Made by a program: the position numbers and the translations under genes
From: Dehalococcoidia bacterium
GTDB lineage: Bacteria; Chloroflexota; Dehalococcoidia; Lucifugimonadales; UBA3495
Reading direction: 5' to 3'
DNA length: 64,000 bases
NCBI GenBank assembly: GCA_963666865.1
Contig: OY763072.1
Coordinates: forward strand, 2,647,356 to 2,711,355
Notes under the pieces: generated by a model
Told to the model about the DNA's origin: nothing
Databases searched by the model: none
What the model saw: the letters and a program-made list of their open reading frames with translations, nothing else
Shown: one piece after another, positions 56,360 through 64,000 of the stretch
How the letters are laid out: every line of letters begins with the position of its first letter
Numbering within the stretch: position 1 is the first letter of the stretch

Positions 56360-57409
56360 ATGGCAATCTCACCGGCAAAAGATGTGAACGTAATGAGCAA
56401 CAACGCCTTGATCCGTCCGTCGGAACTGGAGGAGCGCATTCCCCTCAGCGCCACCGCTGAAGCCACCGTCCTCGAGGGACGGCGACAGCTTGAGGCCGTC
56501 CTCAACGGCGAGGACGAGCGCTTTGCCGTCATCGTGGGCCCTTGCTCCATACACGATCGGTCCGGCGCTCTGGACTACGCCGAGCGGCTCAAGCCCCTTG
56601 CCGACCGGCTCAGCGACCGGATCATGATCGTCATGCGGGTTTATTTCGAGAAGCCCCGCACCACTGTTGGCTGGAAGGGCCTGATCTACGACCCTAATCT
56701 GAACGACACCTATCAGATCGAGGACGGTCTGCATCGCGCCCGCCAAATCCTGATGGACCTCTCCGAAGCCGGCCTCTATTCCGCCACCGAATTCCTGGAC
56801 CCCATCGTGCCGCAGTACGTGGCCGATCTGGTCACCTGGGCGGCCATCGGAGCGCGTACCACCGAGAGCCAGATCCATCGCCAGATGGCGTCCGGCCTGT
56901 CCATGCCCGTTGGCTTCAAGAATGGCACCGACGGTGATCCTCAGACCGCGGTGGACGCCCTCGTCGCGGCCGGCACGCCGCAAGCGTTCCTCGGCATCGA
57001 CCATGATGGACAGGCTTCCATTGTCGAAACTCGCGGAAACCCCAACTGCCACTTGGTCATGCGCGGCGGGCGCAGCGGCACCAACTTCGACGCCCGTTCC
57101 GTCGCCGCCGCCGCCGAGTCCCTGCGCAAGGCTGACGCTCCGACCCCCATCTTGATCGATTGCAGCCACGGCAACTCCAACAAAGACCACACCCGCCAGC
57201 ACATCGCCTTCCGCGACGTCCTGGCCCAACGCCTGGAGGGCAACCCGGACCTGATCGGTGTGATGCTGGAGAGCAATATCAACGCCGGCGCGCAGAAGCT
57301 CGGACCGAACCCCGCCGAACTGGAGTACGGCGTCTCCATCACCGACTCCTGCATCGGTTGGGAGGAAACGGTGGAGCTGTTGGATTGGGCCTACGACCGG
57401 TTGGGCTAA
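56360..57409 (+). CDS. aroG: 3-deoxy-7-phosphoheptulonate (DAHP) synthase, class I (AroFGH type)
   Basis: FAVIVGPCSIHD...MRVYFEKPRTTVGWKGL...IDCSHGNS. Start ATG 56360 (GGAGG 9 nt upstream) or ATG 56351. Confidence 0.88.
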   Translation: MAISPAKDVNVMSNNALIRPSELEERIPLSATAEATVLEGRRQLEAVLNGEDERFAVIVGPCSIHDRSGALDYAERLKPLADRLSDRIMIVMRVYFEKPRTTVGWKGLIYDPNLNDTYQIEDGLHRARQILMDLSEAGLYSATEFLDPIVPQYVADLVTWAAIGARTTESQIHRQMASGLSMPVGFKNGTDGDPQTAVDALVAAGTPQAFLGIDHDGQASIVETRGNPNCHLVMRGGRSGTNFDARSVAAAAESLRKADAPTPILIDCSHGNSNKDHTRQHIAFRDVLAQRLEGNPDLIGVMLESNINAGAQKLGPNPAELEYGVSITDSCIGWEETVELLDWAYDRLG

Positions 57410-57464
57410 GAGGCGGCCTCCCCGGCTGACTGACCACCGTATCGTCACAAGCGTTCCCATTGAC

Positions 57465-57504
57465 GGGTCGGGACGGGTTGGCAACCCGTCCCGACCTATT
57501 TTTG
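57465..57504 (+). terminator. intrinsic terminator after the DAHP synthase gene
   Basis: GGGTCGGGACGGGTT..AACCCGTCCCGACC followed by TATTTTT. Confidence 0.7.
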
Positions 57505-57507
57505 CCG

Positions 57508-57516
57508 TGCTATAAT
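57508..57516 (+). promoter_or_regulatory. extended -10 promoter element TGcTATAAT
   Basis: TG at 57508-09 and TATAAT at 57511-16, about 80 nt upstream of the GNAT gene. No good -35 hexamer. Confidence 0.4.
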
Positions 57517-57595
57517 CGACGAAAACGTGTGACATAAACTAGCGCAACCGGGCGTCCCCACATCAACCGCCGTTGCAGTTTGAGGAGGCCGGAAT

Positions 57596-58180
57596 ATGTT
57601 CCCCCAAGTTAGCCTGACTAACGAGGTTTCCCGAGACGACGTTTCGCGAGTGCGCGATTGGCTTCGCGATCCCGAAGTCAGTTCCCTGTGGTACGGCACC
57701 GACGACTCCGACGGTCACGCCCTCCACATCGGGTACTCCCCCGAAACTATCCAAGAGGCCGAAGACGCCGAATGGCATCAGGTTTTCAACCAGGATGAGC
57801 GGCGTATCTACTCCATCTACTCCACCGACGAAGCCCATATCGGCGAGGGACAATTGCTCGTCGAGTGGCCCCTGGAAGAAGCCCAACTCTTCATTCTCAT
57901 CGGCCGCAAGGACCTCTGGCACCATCATTACGGCACGGCAGCCCTGGTTTCCCTGCTGGATGAGGCTTTCGACAACCTGGAACTGCACCGGGTCTGGGTG
58001 GATGTTCCCGAGTACAACGAACACGCCCTGCAGATGTTCCGCCACCTGGGGTTCGTTCTGGAGGGTCATCTGCGCCGCACCCACCGCAAGGACGGCAATT
58101 GGTACGATTCCTTTGCCATGGGCCTCCTGGTCGATGAATACCACCGCCGCCGCAGTCGGGTGCTGGCACAATACGCCTGA
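57596..58180 (+). CDS. GNAT-family N-acetyltransferase
   Basis: GAGGAGG before the ATG. HHHYGTAALVSLLDEAFDNLELHRVWVDVPEYNEHALQMFRHLGF. Confidence 0.75.
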   Translation: MFPQVSLTNEVSRDDVSRVRDWLRDPEVSSLWYGTDDSDGHALHIGYSPETIQEAEDAEWHQVFNQDERRIYSIYSTDEAHIGEGQLLVEWPLEEAQLFILIGRKDLWHHHYGTAALVSLLDEAFDNLELHRVWVDVPEYNEHALQMFRHLGFVLEGHLRRTHRKDGNWYDSFAMGLLVDEYHRRRSRVLAQYA

Positions 58181-58206
58181 TAAAAACGCCTTACCCACCT
58201 AATCTC

Positions 58207-58258
58207 GTCTTTCCGGCGAAAGAACGTCACCCCGTACTTGATACGGGGCCAGATCCAG
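58207..58258. repeat. dispersed repeat, B-type
   Basis: GTCTTTCCGGCGAAAGAACGTCACCCCGTACTTGATACGGGGCCAGATCCAG. It explains the spurious N-terminal extension of ORF 58238. Confidence 0.75.
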
Positions 58259-58270
58259 AGGGGCATCATT

Positions 58271-58981
58271 ATGCCAGTCATCACCATCAACGGCGTCATC
58301 GGCAGCGGTACGCTGGAAATCGGCCACCTCGTCGCTCAGAACATGGGCCTCAACTACGTTGACCGTTACATCTTCTCCGAGGCGGCCCGGCTGGTCGGTT
58401 CGCCCGTGAGCCAGCTCATTGAGAAAGAGCAGCGTGTGGTGCCCTTCCGCGAGAAGGTCGCCCGCTTCATGCAGACGGTGCTGGAACGCTCCGCGGTGGC
58501 CGGCGCCGGCGCCGAACCATACTTCGGGCGCGGCATCGAAATGCTCCCGGCCGAGGCCTATACCGAACTCGTCTCCGACGCGGCTTCGGCCTCCACCGTA
58601 CACGACCGCGCTTTCATTGAGGCCACCACCTCGGTGATCAAAGAACTGGCCGGCGGCGGTGACGTAGTGATTATCGGGCGCGGCAGCAACATGATACTCG
58701 CGGATACTCCGGGAGTCGTGCACGTGGGCCTCCTCGCCCCCATGGACGTTCGCATCGACACCATGGCCAAGCGGGAGTTATTCACGGCCGACGAGGCCAG
58801 ATCCTACGCCGAGGAACTGGAAAACGCCCGCTTGACCTTCTATCGCAAGTTCTTCCGGGTCAACCCCAACGACCCCACCAAGTTCCACCTGATGCTGAAC
58901 ATCGGGCGCATCTCCCAGAGCACCGCCGCGGAAATCATCGCCCACGCCGCCGAAGACATCACCGCCGCGACCACCGCCTAG
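58271..58981 (+). CDS. cytidylate kinase-like family (AAA_18-type) protein
   Basis: MPVITINGVIGSGTLEIGHLVA (P-loop-like) ... VIIGRGSN. Start ATG 58271. Confidence 0.6.
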   Translation: MPVITINGVIGSGTLEIGHLVAQNMGLNYVDRYIFSEAARLVGSPVSQLIEKEQRVVPFREKVARFMQTVLERSAVAGAGAEPYFGRGIEMLPAEAYTELVSDAASASTVHDRAFIEATTSVIKELAGGGDVVIIGRGSNMILADTPGVVHVGLLAPMDVRIDTMAKRELFTADEARSYAEELENARLTFYRKFFRVNPNDPTKFHLMLNIGRISQSTAAEIIAHAAEDITAATTA

Positions 58982-58983
58982 CC

Positions 58984-59808
58984 GTGCTGCCCATATCCGA
59001 CGGCGGGCGGCCCCGGGGAACTTTCCCCTACGTCAACGCCGTTCTCATCGGCCTGAACACCCTCGTCTTTCTCTACGAGATTGGCGTCGGGGGGTTCGGC
59101 TTCCTTTTCGGTGGCAGCAGCCTCGGCATCTACGTCTTTTTCCTGAAGTTCGGCTTCATACCGGCGGAGCTGACGTCGGGGCAGGCTTTCGAGAGCCTCG
59201 GATTGGGACGCGGCGCCGCCATCAGCATCGCCTCTCCCATACCAACCTGGGCGACGATGCTGACGTCCATGTTCATTCACGGCGGGCTGATGCACTTCAT
59301 CGGCAATATGCTGTTCCTGTGGGTTTTCGGCGACAACATCGAGGACACCTTCGGCCACGTTCGCTACCTGATTTTCTACCTCATCTCCGGCATCCTGGCC
59401 ACCCTGGCCCACTTCGCCATCGACCCAGCCTCGCAAACCCCATTGGTGGGCGCCAGTGGCGCAATCTCCGGCGTAATGGGCGCCTACCTGCTCATCTACC
59501 CGAACAACCGCATCCGCACCCTCATCATCTACATCCTGATAACCGTAATCGAGCTGCGAGCGATGTGGCTGCTCCTGATCTGGATAGCCCTACAAACCAT
59601 CCAGGGCCTCCTCTCCATCGGCGTCAGCGACCAGGTGAGCACCGCCTTCTTCGCCCACATCGGCGGCTTCGTGGTGGGCGTCGCCGTCGCCCTGGTGTAC
59701 AAGGCATTCCCCCGCCGCCCCTCCGGGCCGGCGGCCGGCTATTGGGGCAACGGTGGCGGCGGATACCGGCGCCCGCCGCAGTACTGGCGGGGGCGGCGGA
59801 TTGATTGA
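58984..59808 (+). CDS. rhomboid-family intramembrane serine protease
   Basis: FIHGGLMHFIGNMLFLWVFG ... GASGAISGVMGAY ... FFAHIGGF. Confidence 0.85.
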   Translation: MLPISDGGRPRGTFPYVNAVLIGLNTLVFLYEIGVGGFGFLFGGSSLGIYVFFLKFGFIPAELTSGQAFESLGLGRGAAISIASPIPTWATMLTSMFIHGGLMHFIGNMLFLWVFGDNIEDTFGHVRYLIFYLISGILATLAHFAIDPASQTPLVGASGAISGVMGAYLLIYPNNRIRTLIIYILITVIELRAMWLLLIWIALQTIQGLLSIGVSDQVSTAFFAHIGGFVVGVAVALVYKAFPRRPSGPAAGYWGNGGGGYRRPPQYWRGRRID

Positions 59809-59861
59809 AAAGCGGTGGTGGCTTACGATTGGGTTATTCGATGACAAGATGGAGGCCCACC

Positions 59862-60143
59862 ATGGACGTAAAAGCAGCTACTCACACTGCACGAGACTAC
59901 ATAACTGACGTTTTCGCTGGCGAGGAAATCTCCCAGTTGGGACTTGAGGAGGTCGTGTACGATACTGACACTGACCAGTGGCGCATTACTTTCGGTTTTG
60001 CCCGTCCTTGGGACAAACAGAATACGATGGCCGTTAAAATGGGACTGAAAACCCCGCGCGCTTACAAAGTGGTCAGCATTGACGACGGCACCGGCCGCGT
60101 CGTAGCCCTTACCGACCGACTGCTACCAGACTTGAAATCCTGA
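59862..60143 (+). CDS. hypothetical small protein (putative partner of the PIN protein)
   Basis: 93 aa from ATG 59862 (GGAGG upstream). Its stop overlaps the PIN start (TGATG). No HTH, RHH or AbrB motif seen. Confidence 0.5.
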   Translation: MDVKAATHTARDYITDVFAGEEISQLGLEEVVYDTDTDQWRITFGFARPWDKQNTMAVKMGLKTPRAYKVVSIDDGTGRVVALTDRLLPDLKS

Positions 60144-60604
60144 TGCGGATAGCCGGATACTTTCTGGACACCAACCTGCTGATACTCCTCATCGTCGGTG
60201 GTGTTGACACACGCATCATCGCCAAGCATCGACGGTTGAGCGACTACACCGAAGACGATTACGTGCTTCTGCTCGTCATCCTCGAGGAGGCCAGCCAGGT
60301 ACTCGTAACCCCTAACACACTTACCGAGGCTTCCAACCTCCTCGCCCAACACGGCGAACCGGAACGCTCCCTGCTGATGGCCGGGCTGCACTACCTGATT
60401 GATGAGAGCGAAGAAATTGTAGTCAGCAGCGCACTGGCATCCGCCAACTCGGAGTTCCAGAGGTTAGGACTGACCGATTCAGCTTTGCTGGAGGCCATCA
60501 GCGAGGAAAGACCACTGGTCACCGTAGATATGGACTTGTACGCGGCGGCACTGACGAAGGGCGATAACGTGGCGGTGAACTTCAGGGAGTTCATTGCCGC
60601 CTAG
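60143..60604 (+). CDS. PIN-domain protein
   Basis: YFLDTNLL ... LTEASN ... LGLTDSALL ... VTVDMDL gives the four acidic PIN positions. Confidence 0.7.
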   Translation: MRIAGYFLDTNLLILLIVGGVDTRIIAKHRRLSDYTEDDYVLLLVILEEASQVLVTPNTLTEASNLLAQHGEPERSLLMAGLHYLIDESEEIVVSSALASANSEFQRLGLTDSALLEAISEERPLVTVDMDLYAAALTKGDNVAVNFREFIAA

Positions 60605-60651
60605 CGCGCATCATGGCGCGTTGCCTGAAATCATTCTTGGAGAATGCAATC

Positions 60652-61224
60652 ATGACCGCACACATTCCGGTAGATACCAATATGCTCATGAACGCTACAC
60701 AAATGGGAGTGGAATCATTCCTGCGCTTTAAAGAGTGTCACGGCTATTATGAAAACACCCCCAATTCCCACATTGTGGGCAAAATCGGCGAATTGGCGTG
60801 TGCCCGGTGGGCGGAAAACTTGGGCATACATTGCGATCAGGCGTTCCGAGACCTCAATCGTAAGAATGAAGCGGACCTTATCTTAAATTTGGGAGACACA
60901 CGAATCGTCCGGATTGAGGTCAAGACTTGGAGTTCAGATTGGTGGCAGACCTTTGGCAGATGCATTGCAGTTAGGCAGATGCGGCAGGTACGTGCTAAAG
61001 CGGACATAGTGATTTGGTGCGCATCAACACCGTATTCTGACCTTGCGCAAAGAGAGACGGGCAACGTTAATATCGCAGGATGGAACACACCCGCCGAGAT
61101 TGCACGGATAGAGCCTACCTTGACAGGCCGGCCAGGCCAGGACCCAGTTCGCAATCATCAGGTTCCCATGGAACAAGTGCGGCCACTTGACGAACTCGAT
61201 GCATGGTTGCGCGGTGAAGTATAA
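60652..61224 (+). CDS. PD-(D/E)xK nuclease-like protein
   Basis: GKIGELACARW ... EADLILNLGD ... VRIEVKTW gives E / D / ExK. AT-richer. Alternative start at ATG 60613. Confidence 0.55.
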   Translation: MTAHIPVDTNMLMNATQMGVESFLRFKECHGYYENTPNSHIVGKIGELACARWAENLGIHCDQAFRDLNRKNEADLILNLGDTRIVRIEVKTWSSDWWQTFGRCIAVRQMRQVRAKADIVIWCASTPYSDLAQRETGNVNIAGWNTPAEIARIEPTLTGRPGQDPVRNHQVPMEQVRPLDELDAWLRGEV

Positions 61225-61250
61225 CGTTCTGGTCCTCGCCAAGCCTATAC

Positions 61251-62858
61251 CTACGGCGGCGTGGCCTGCCCGCGTCCGTTATACCCCCAGCAAACGACTT
61301 GACGGTCGTTCTTCACTCCACAGGTATGCAAGCCGCCGGCGGTGACCTGCTGAAAGGTGCCGGCTGGTGGCCTAACTTGTCCGTGCCTGTTAGATCCCCA
61401 GCAAATAACCCGACCGTCGGTTCTTATTCCGCAAGTATGAGCTTGGCCCCCGGCGCTAACTTGGTGGAAATTACCCGCTGGGGGAGTAGCTTGGTCCCTG
61501 TGATTCGATCCCCAGCAGGCGATCCTGTGATCAGATCTTACTCCGCAGGTGAAGTTCTCCCCGCTACTGATTTGTCGAAATTCGCCTGGCGGGGGCGTCG
61601 CCTGTCCAGATTTATTCCACCCCCAGCAGACGATGCGCCCATCGGTTTTTAGACCACAAGTGTGGGAAGTGCCGGCGCTAATCTGCTTGAAATTTCCCAT
61701 TGGGGTGTTGAGTCTTTCTTCGCTGCTTTCTCCCCAACAAACGACACTACTATCAGATTTTAGTCCGCACGTATGTAGACTGCCTGCGCTAACTTGTCGG
61801 AAAGCACCGGAAGGAGGAGATGATTGTCTGTATTCATCATCTCCCCAGCATACAATACTACCGCCAGTTCTGACCCCGCAGCTGTGATAATTGCCAGCGC
61901 TTACTTGTTTAAATTCCCCAGCTGGCGGATCCACTAGCCGATACTCATTATTGCCCCAGCACACTACATTGCCATTAACATTTACCCCGCAAGTATGCAA
62001 CCCTCCAGCACTAACCTGTTTGAACTGCTCGGATGGCGATAACGTAGGCTGCGGCGTCGCGGTTGGCGGGATACGAGACAAGGCTTCCAGCCGGCTATTG
62101 AGTTCGTCAACCGATAGGGCAAACGCCACGCCCTCGGCTTCTGCTATGCCGAAAGTGATGATCCCAATGACATCACCATCCCGGTTCAGCAGCGGCCCGC
62201 CGCTGTTGCCGGGGTTCAGCGCGGCATCGGTTTGAAAATACTCGTAACCTTCAAACTGTCGCCTTGCTGAAATGACTCCCGTAGTGACCGTGAAGTCGTC
62301 TCCAAGCACGGCGCTCAGAGGAAATCCCAGAGCCGTTACTTCTTCTCCTGTGGGTACCCGTCCGGCGCTGCCCAGGGAGACCGCCTCGAAAGCATCATCG
62401 GAGTCCAGATGCACCACCGCCAAATCAGCCGTTTCGTTCCGGTTGATCACTTTGCCCCGGTACTCTTCGCCCATCACAACTACCGTCACGCGGTCACGAT
62501 TGTCCACGACGTGAGCGTTGGTGACTACCAAGCCGCTCGCGTCGTACACAAAGCCTGAGCCGGCACCGTCCGGAGTGATGATCTGCGCCAGGCTGGGCCG
62601 TAGCCGCGCCACCAGGTCGGCTATTGTCGGGGTAGTCGTAGGCTCAGGCGTCGCCGTCAACTCCGGCGCAACGCGGGTCAGTTCTGCCGCAACCATGGCT
62701 TGTACGTCCGGTGTTGCTTCCTCCACGACGCGGGTCAGTTCCGCTTCAACCGTTGCCGCTACCCGTGCGTCGGTTTCTTCCGATGTTGAGCACGCCAATG
62801 CCGCCAGCAGCAATGCCAGCGCTAACACTGCCGTGCAAGTTTTCTCCAATGTTCCCAT
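61251..62858 (-). CDS. lipoprotein: trypsin-like (S1C) serine protease fused to seven RCC1-like repeats
   Basis: Lipobox LAALACS. VTNAHVV ... DAALNPGNSGGPLLNRDGDVIGI. Then seven repeats of F(K/R)Q(V/I)SAGxxHTCG...VCWG. Confidence 0.8.
   Translation of the reverse strand: MGTLEKTCTAVLALALLLAALACSTSEETDARVAATVEAELTRVVEEATPDVQAMVAAELTRVAPELTATPEPTTTPTIADLVARLRPSLAQIITPDGAGSGFVYDASGLVVTNAHVVDNRDRVTVVVMGEEYRGKVINRNETADLAVVHLDSDDAFEAVSLGSAGRVPTGEEVTALGFPLSAVLGDDFTVTTGVISARRQFEGYEYFQTDAALNPGNSGGPLLNRDGDVIGIITFGIAEAEGVAFALSVDELNSRLEALSRIPPTATPQPTLSPSEQFKQVSAGGLHTCGVNVNGNVVCWGNNEYRLVDPPAGEFKQVSAGNYHSCGVRTGGSIVCWGDDEYRQSSPPSGAFRQVSAGSLHTCGLKSDSSVVCWGESSEERLNTPMGNFKQISAGTSHTCGLKTDGRIVCWGWNKSGQATPPPGEFRQISSGENFTCGVRSDHRIACWGSNHRDQATPPAGNFHQVSAGGQAHTCGIRTDGRVICWGSNRHGQVRPPAGTFQQVTAGGLHTCGVKNDRQVVCWGYNGRGQATPP
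61254..62024 (-). repeat. seven tandem RCC1-like coding repeats of about 37 aa (111 nt)
   Basis: Counted directly from the translated ORF. Confidence 0.8.
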
Positions 62859-62865
62859 TGCCGGA

Positions 62866-63750
62866 TTACCCGCCGTTTCGCAAGTCCCCCGGTCCAGTCC
62901 CGGTTATGCGGAATACCTCAGTCACAAAAGCGTTAACCGCCCGGTCAATACGCTCCTGCAACTCTAGGTATCCGGCCGGGCCCAGCCGGTGCTGCGCGCC
63001 GCCGTAGCGGTAATCGACGGCGTATTGGGTGAGCCAGTCCCGCGCCTCGTGATCTCGCAGCCCTTCCAATTGTTCCGGTGGCAGGGTTACGAATTCCACC
63101 AGCGCGTCCAATTCCTCCCGAGCCGACGACGAGTGTTCCGCCACGTTGTCAACGAGAATGTCGGCCAGCTCGTGAATGCGATGGATATTCCGATACTCGC
63201 AGTCTATGGCAGAAATCCAGCCCTTCAGCGCGTTCTCCCCCGCCTGCTGCGCGATGAAGCCAATCAATTCCTGGTCGTCCAGGCCAGTGTCAATGTTGTG
63301 GTTCAGACTGCCCAACCAACGCCGGGCGTTGATCAGCCGCTGGCGGATGTCCGGCCAGTCGGCGGGATAGCCGTCGTCGTATTCGTCGATAAGGTCATCG
63401 AAATCGTCGTCGTTCATTATCACCCCGTCGCGCAGCGCCTGGGCGGCGATGTGGTTGCGGGCCCGCCGGCAGTGACCGAAACTTTCGCGTGTAATGGGTA
63501 TTACGTCCACGCCGAACTTGCCAGGACACTCTTTGAGCTTGCGGAACGCGGCGTTCGAGGCGGCGCCGTAGCCGTGTGAACGCACGGCGCTCACCCCCTC
63601 GTCCACTATTACCAGCAGGTCCACGTCGGAGTCGGGGCGGTGGTCACCCCGGGCCCGCGAGCCGAACAGGATTACGGTGGCGTCGGGCGACGCTTCCTGC
63701 GCGGCCCTTGCTACTGCCAGCCCAATCGGGTCGGCGTGCTCCCGACCCAT
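62866..63750 (-). CDS. fused minimal nucleotidyltransferase (MNT) - HEPN protein
   Basis: ILFGSRARGDHRPDSDVDLLVIV is the NTase motif. The C-terminal helical domain has EYRNIHRIHEL (Rx4-6H-like). Confidence 0.7.
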   Translation of the reverse strand: MGREHADPIGLAVARAAQEASPDATVILFGSRARGDHRPDSDVDLLVIVDEGVSAVRSHGYGAASNAAFRKLKECPGKFGVDVIPITRESFGHCRRARNHIAAQALRDGVIMNDDDFDDLIDEYDDGYPADWPDIRQRLINARRWLGSLNHNIDTGLDDQELIGFIAQQAGENALKGWISAIDCEYRNIHRIHELADILVDNVAEHSSSAREELDALVEFVTLPPEQLEGLRDHEARDWLTQYAVDYRYGGAQHRLGPAGYLELQERIDRAVNAFVTEVFRITGTGPGDLRNGG

Positions 63751-63754
63751 GATG

Positions 63755-64000
63755 CTACGCCTCCGGGAACGGTATCAATCCCAGCATGTCTCGCGCCTGC
63801 TGTGGCGTGGCCGGTTCGCGGCCGTGCAGCCGGGCCATGGTCACCGCCCATTCGATATATTCCGCGTTGGACGTGGGCTGCGGGTTGTTGGGCAGGAAGG
63901 GGCTGTCCTCAAATCCTACGCGGATGTGCGCGCCGGTGGCGATGGCGATGGCGCACAACGGGAAGGTCTGCCCCATGCTGCTGTGGGCCAGCCAGGTAGC
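63755..64000 (-). CDS. 3-keto-5-aminohexanoate cleavage enzyme (BKACE / DUF849) family, C-terminal part (continues past window end)
   Basis: AIAIATGAHIRVGFEDSPFLPNN...SNAEYIEWAVTMARLHGREPATPQQARDMLGL. Confidence 0.75.
   Translation of the reverse strand, partial: ATWLAHSSMGQTFPLCAIAIATGAHIRVGFEDSPFLPNNPQPTSNAEYIEWAVTMARLHGREPATPQQARDMLGLIPFPEA

Overview
High-GC (about 60-65% by eye) bacterial chromosomal segment, densely coded on both strands. The gene content looks like an uncultivated Chloroflexota-like lineage: LL-DAP aminotransferase DapL, archaeal-type ApgM, membrane H+-PPase, purS, DUF3105, an LLM-class oxidoreductase, and 'VIPAKAGIQ'-type intergenic repeats. That lineage call is a guess, not a search result.

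Core genes:
- A scattered purine cluster (purS, purC, purB, purE, purD, guaA).
- A glycolytic block (pgk, apgM, tpiA), plus miaA and hflX.
- dapF and dapL.
- trpA and a class I DAHP synthase.
- hppA, ggt, and various oxidoreductases and hydrolases.

Accessory content:
- Several small, visibly more AT-rich islands sit between functionally linked core genes.
- An insertion-sequence graveyard at 7.2-10.6 kb holds IS1, IS110, IS701-like and IS5 elements.
- An IS982 element cleanly splits a roughly 910-aa DNA methyltransferase.
- At least two families of dispersed palindromic intergenic repeats are present.
- I saw no rRNA, tRNA or CRISPR array.

Most interesting observations:
1. A leader ORF rich in Tyr, Phe and Trp codons, with mutually exclusive antiterminator and terminator helices, lies upstream of the DAHP synthase gene (56.1-56.3 kb).
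2. A three-gene insert sits between dapF and dapL. It has a duplicated unknown domain, a RelE-like toxin carrying an in-frame TGA at a Trp position, and an XRE antitoxin fused to the duplicated domain.
3. Two diverged copies of an unassigned overlapping two-gene cassette occur at 26.3-27.1 kb and 44.0-44.8 kb, each beside nuclease or restriction-modification genes.
4. A methyltransferase and a PD-(D/E)xK nuclease domain share one reading frame, with an internal ribosome-binding site and ATG.
5. A restriction-modification-like island (IS-split methyltransferase plus an intact HNH gene) is inserted between apgM and tpiA.

All family assignments come from reading motifs by eye. No database searches were run.
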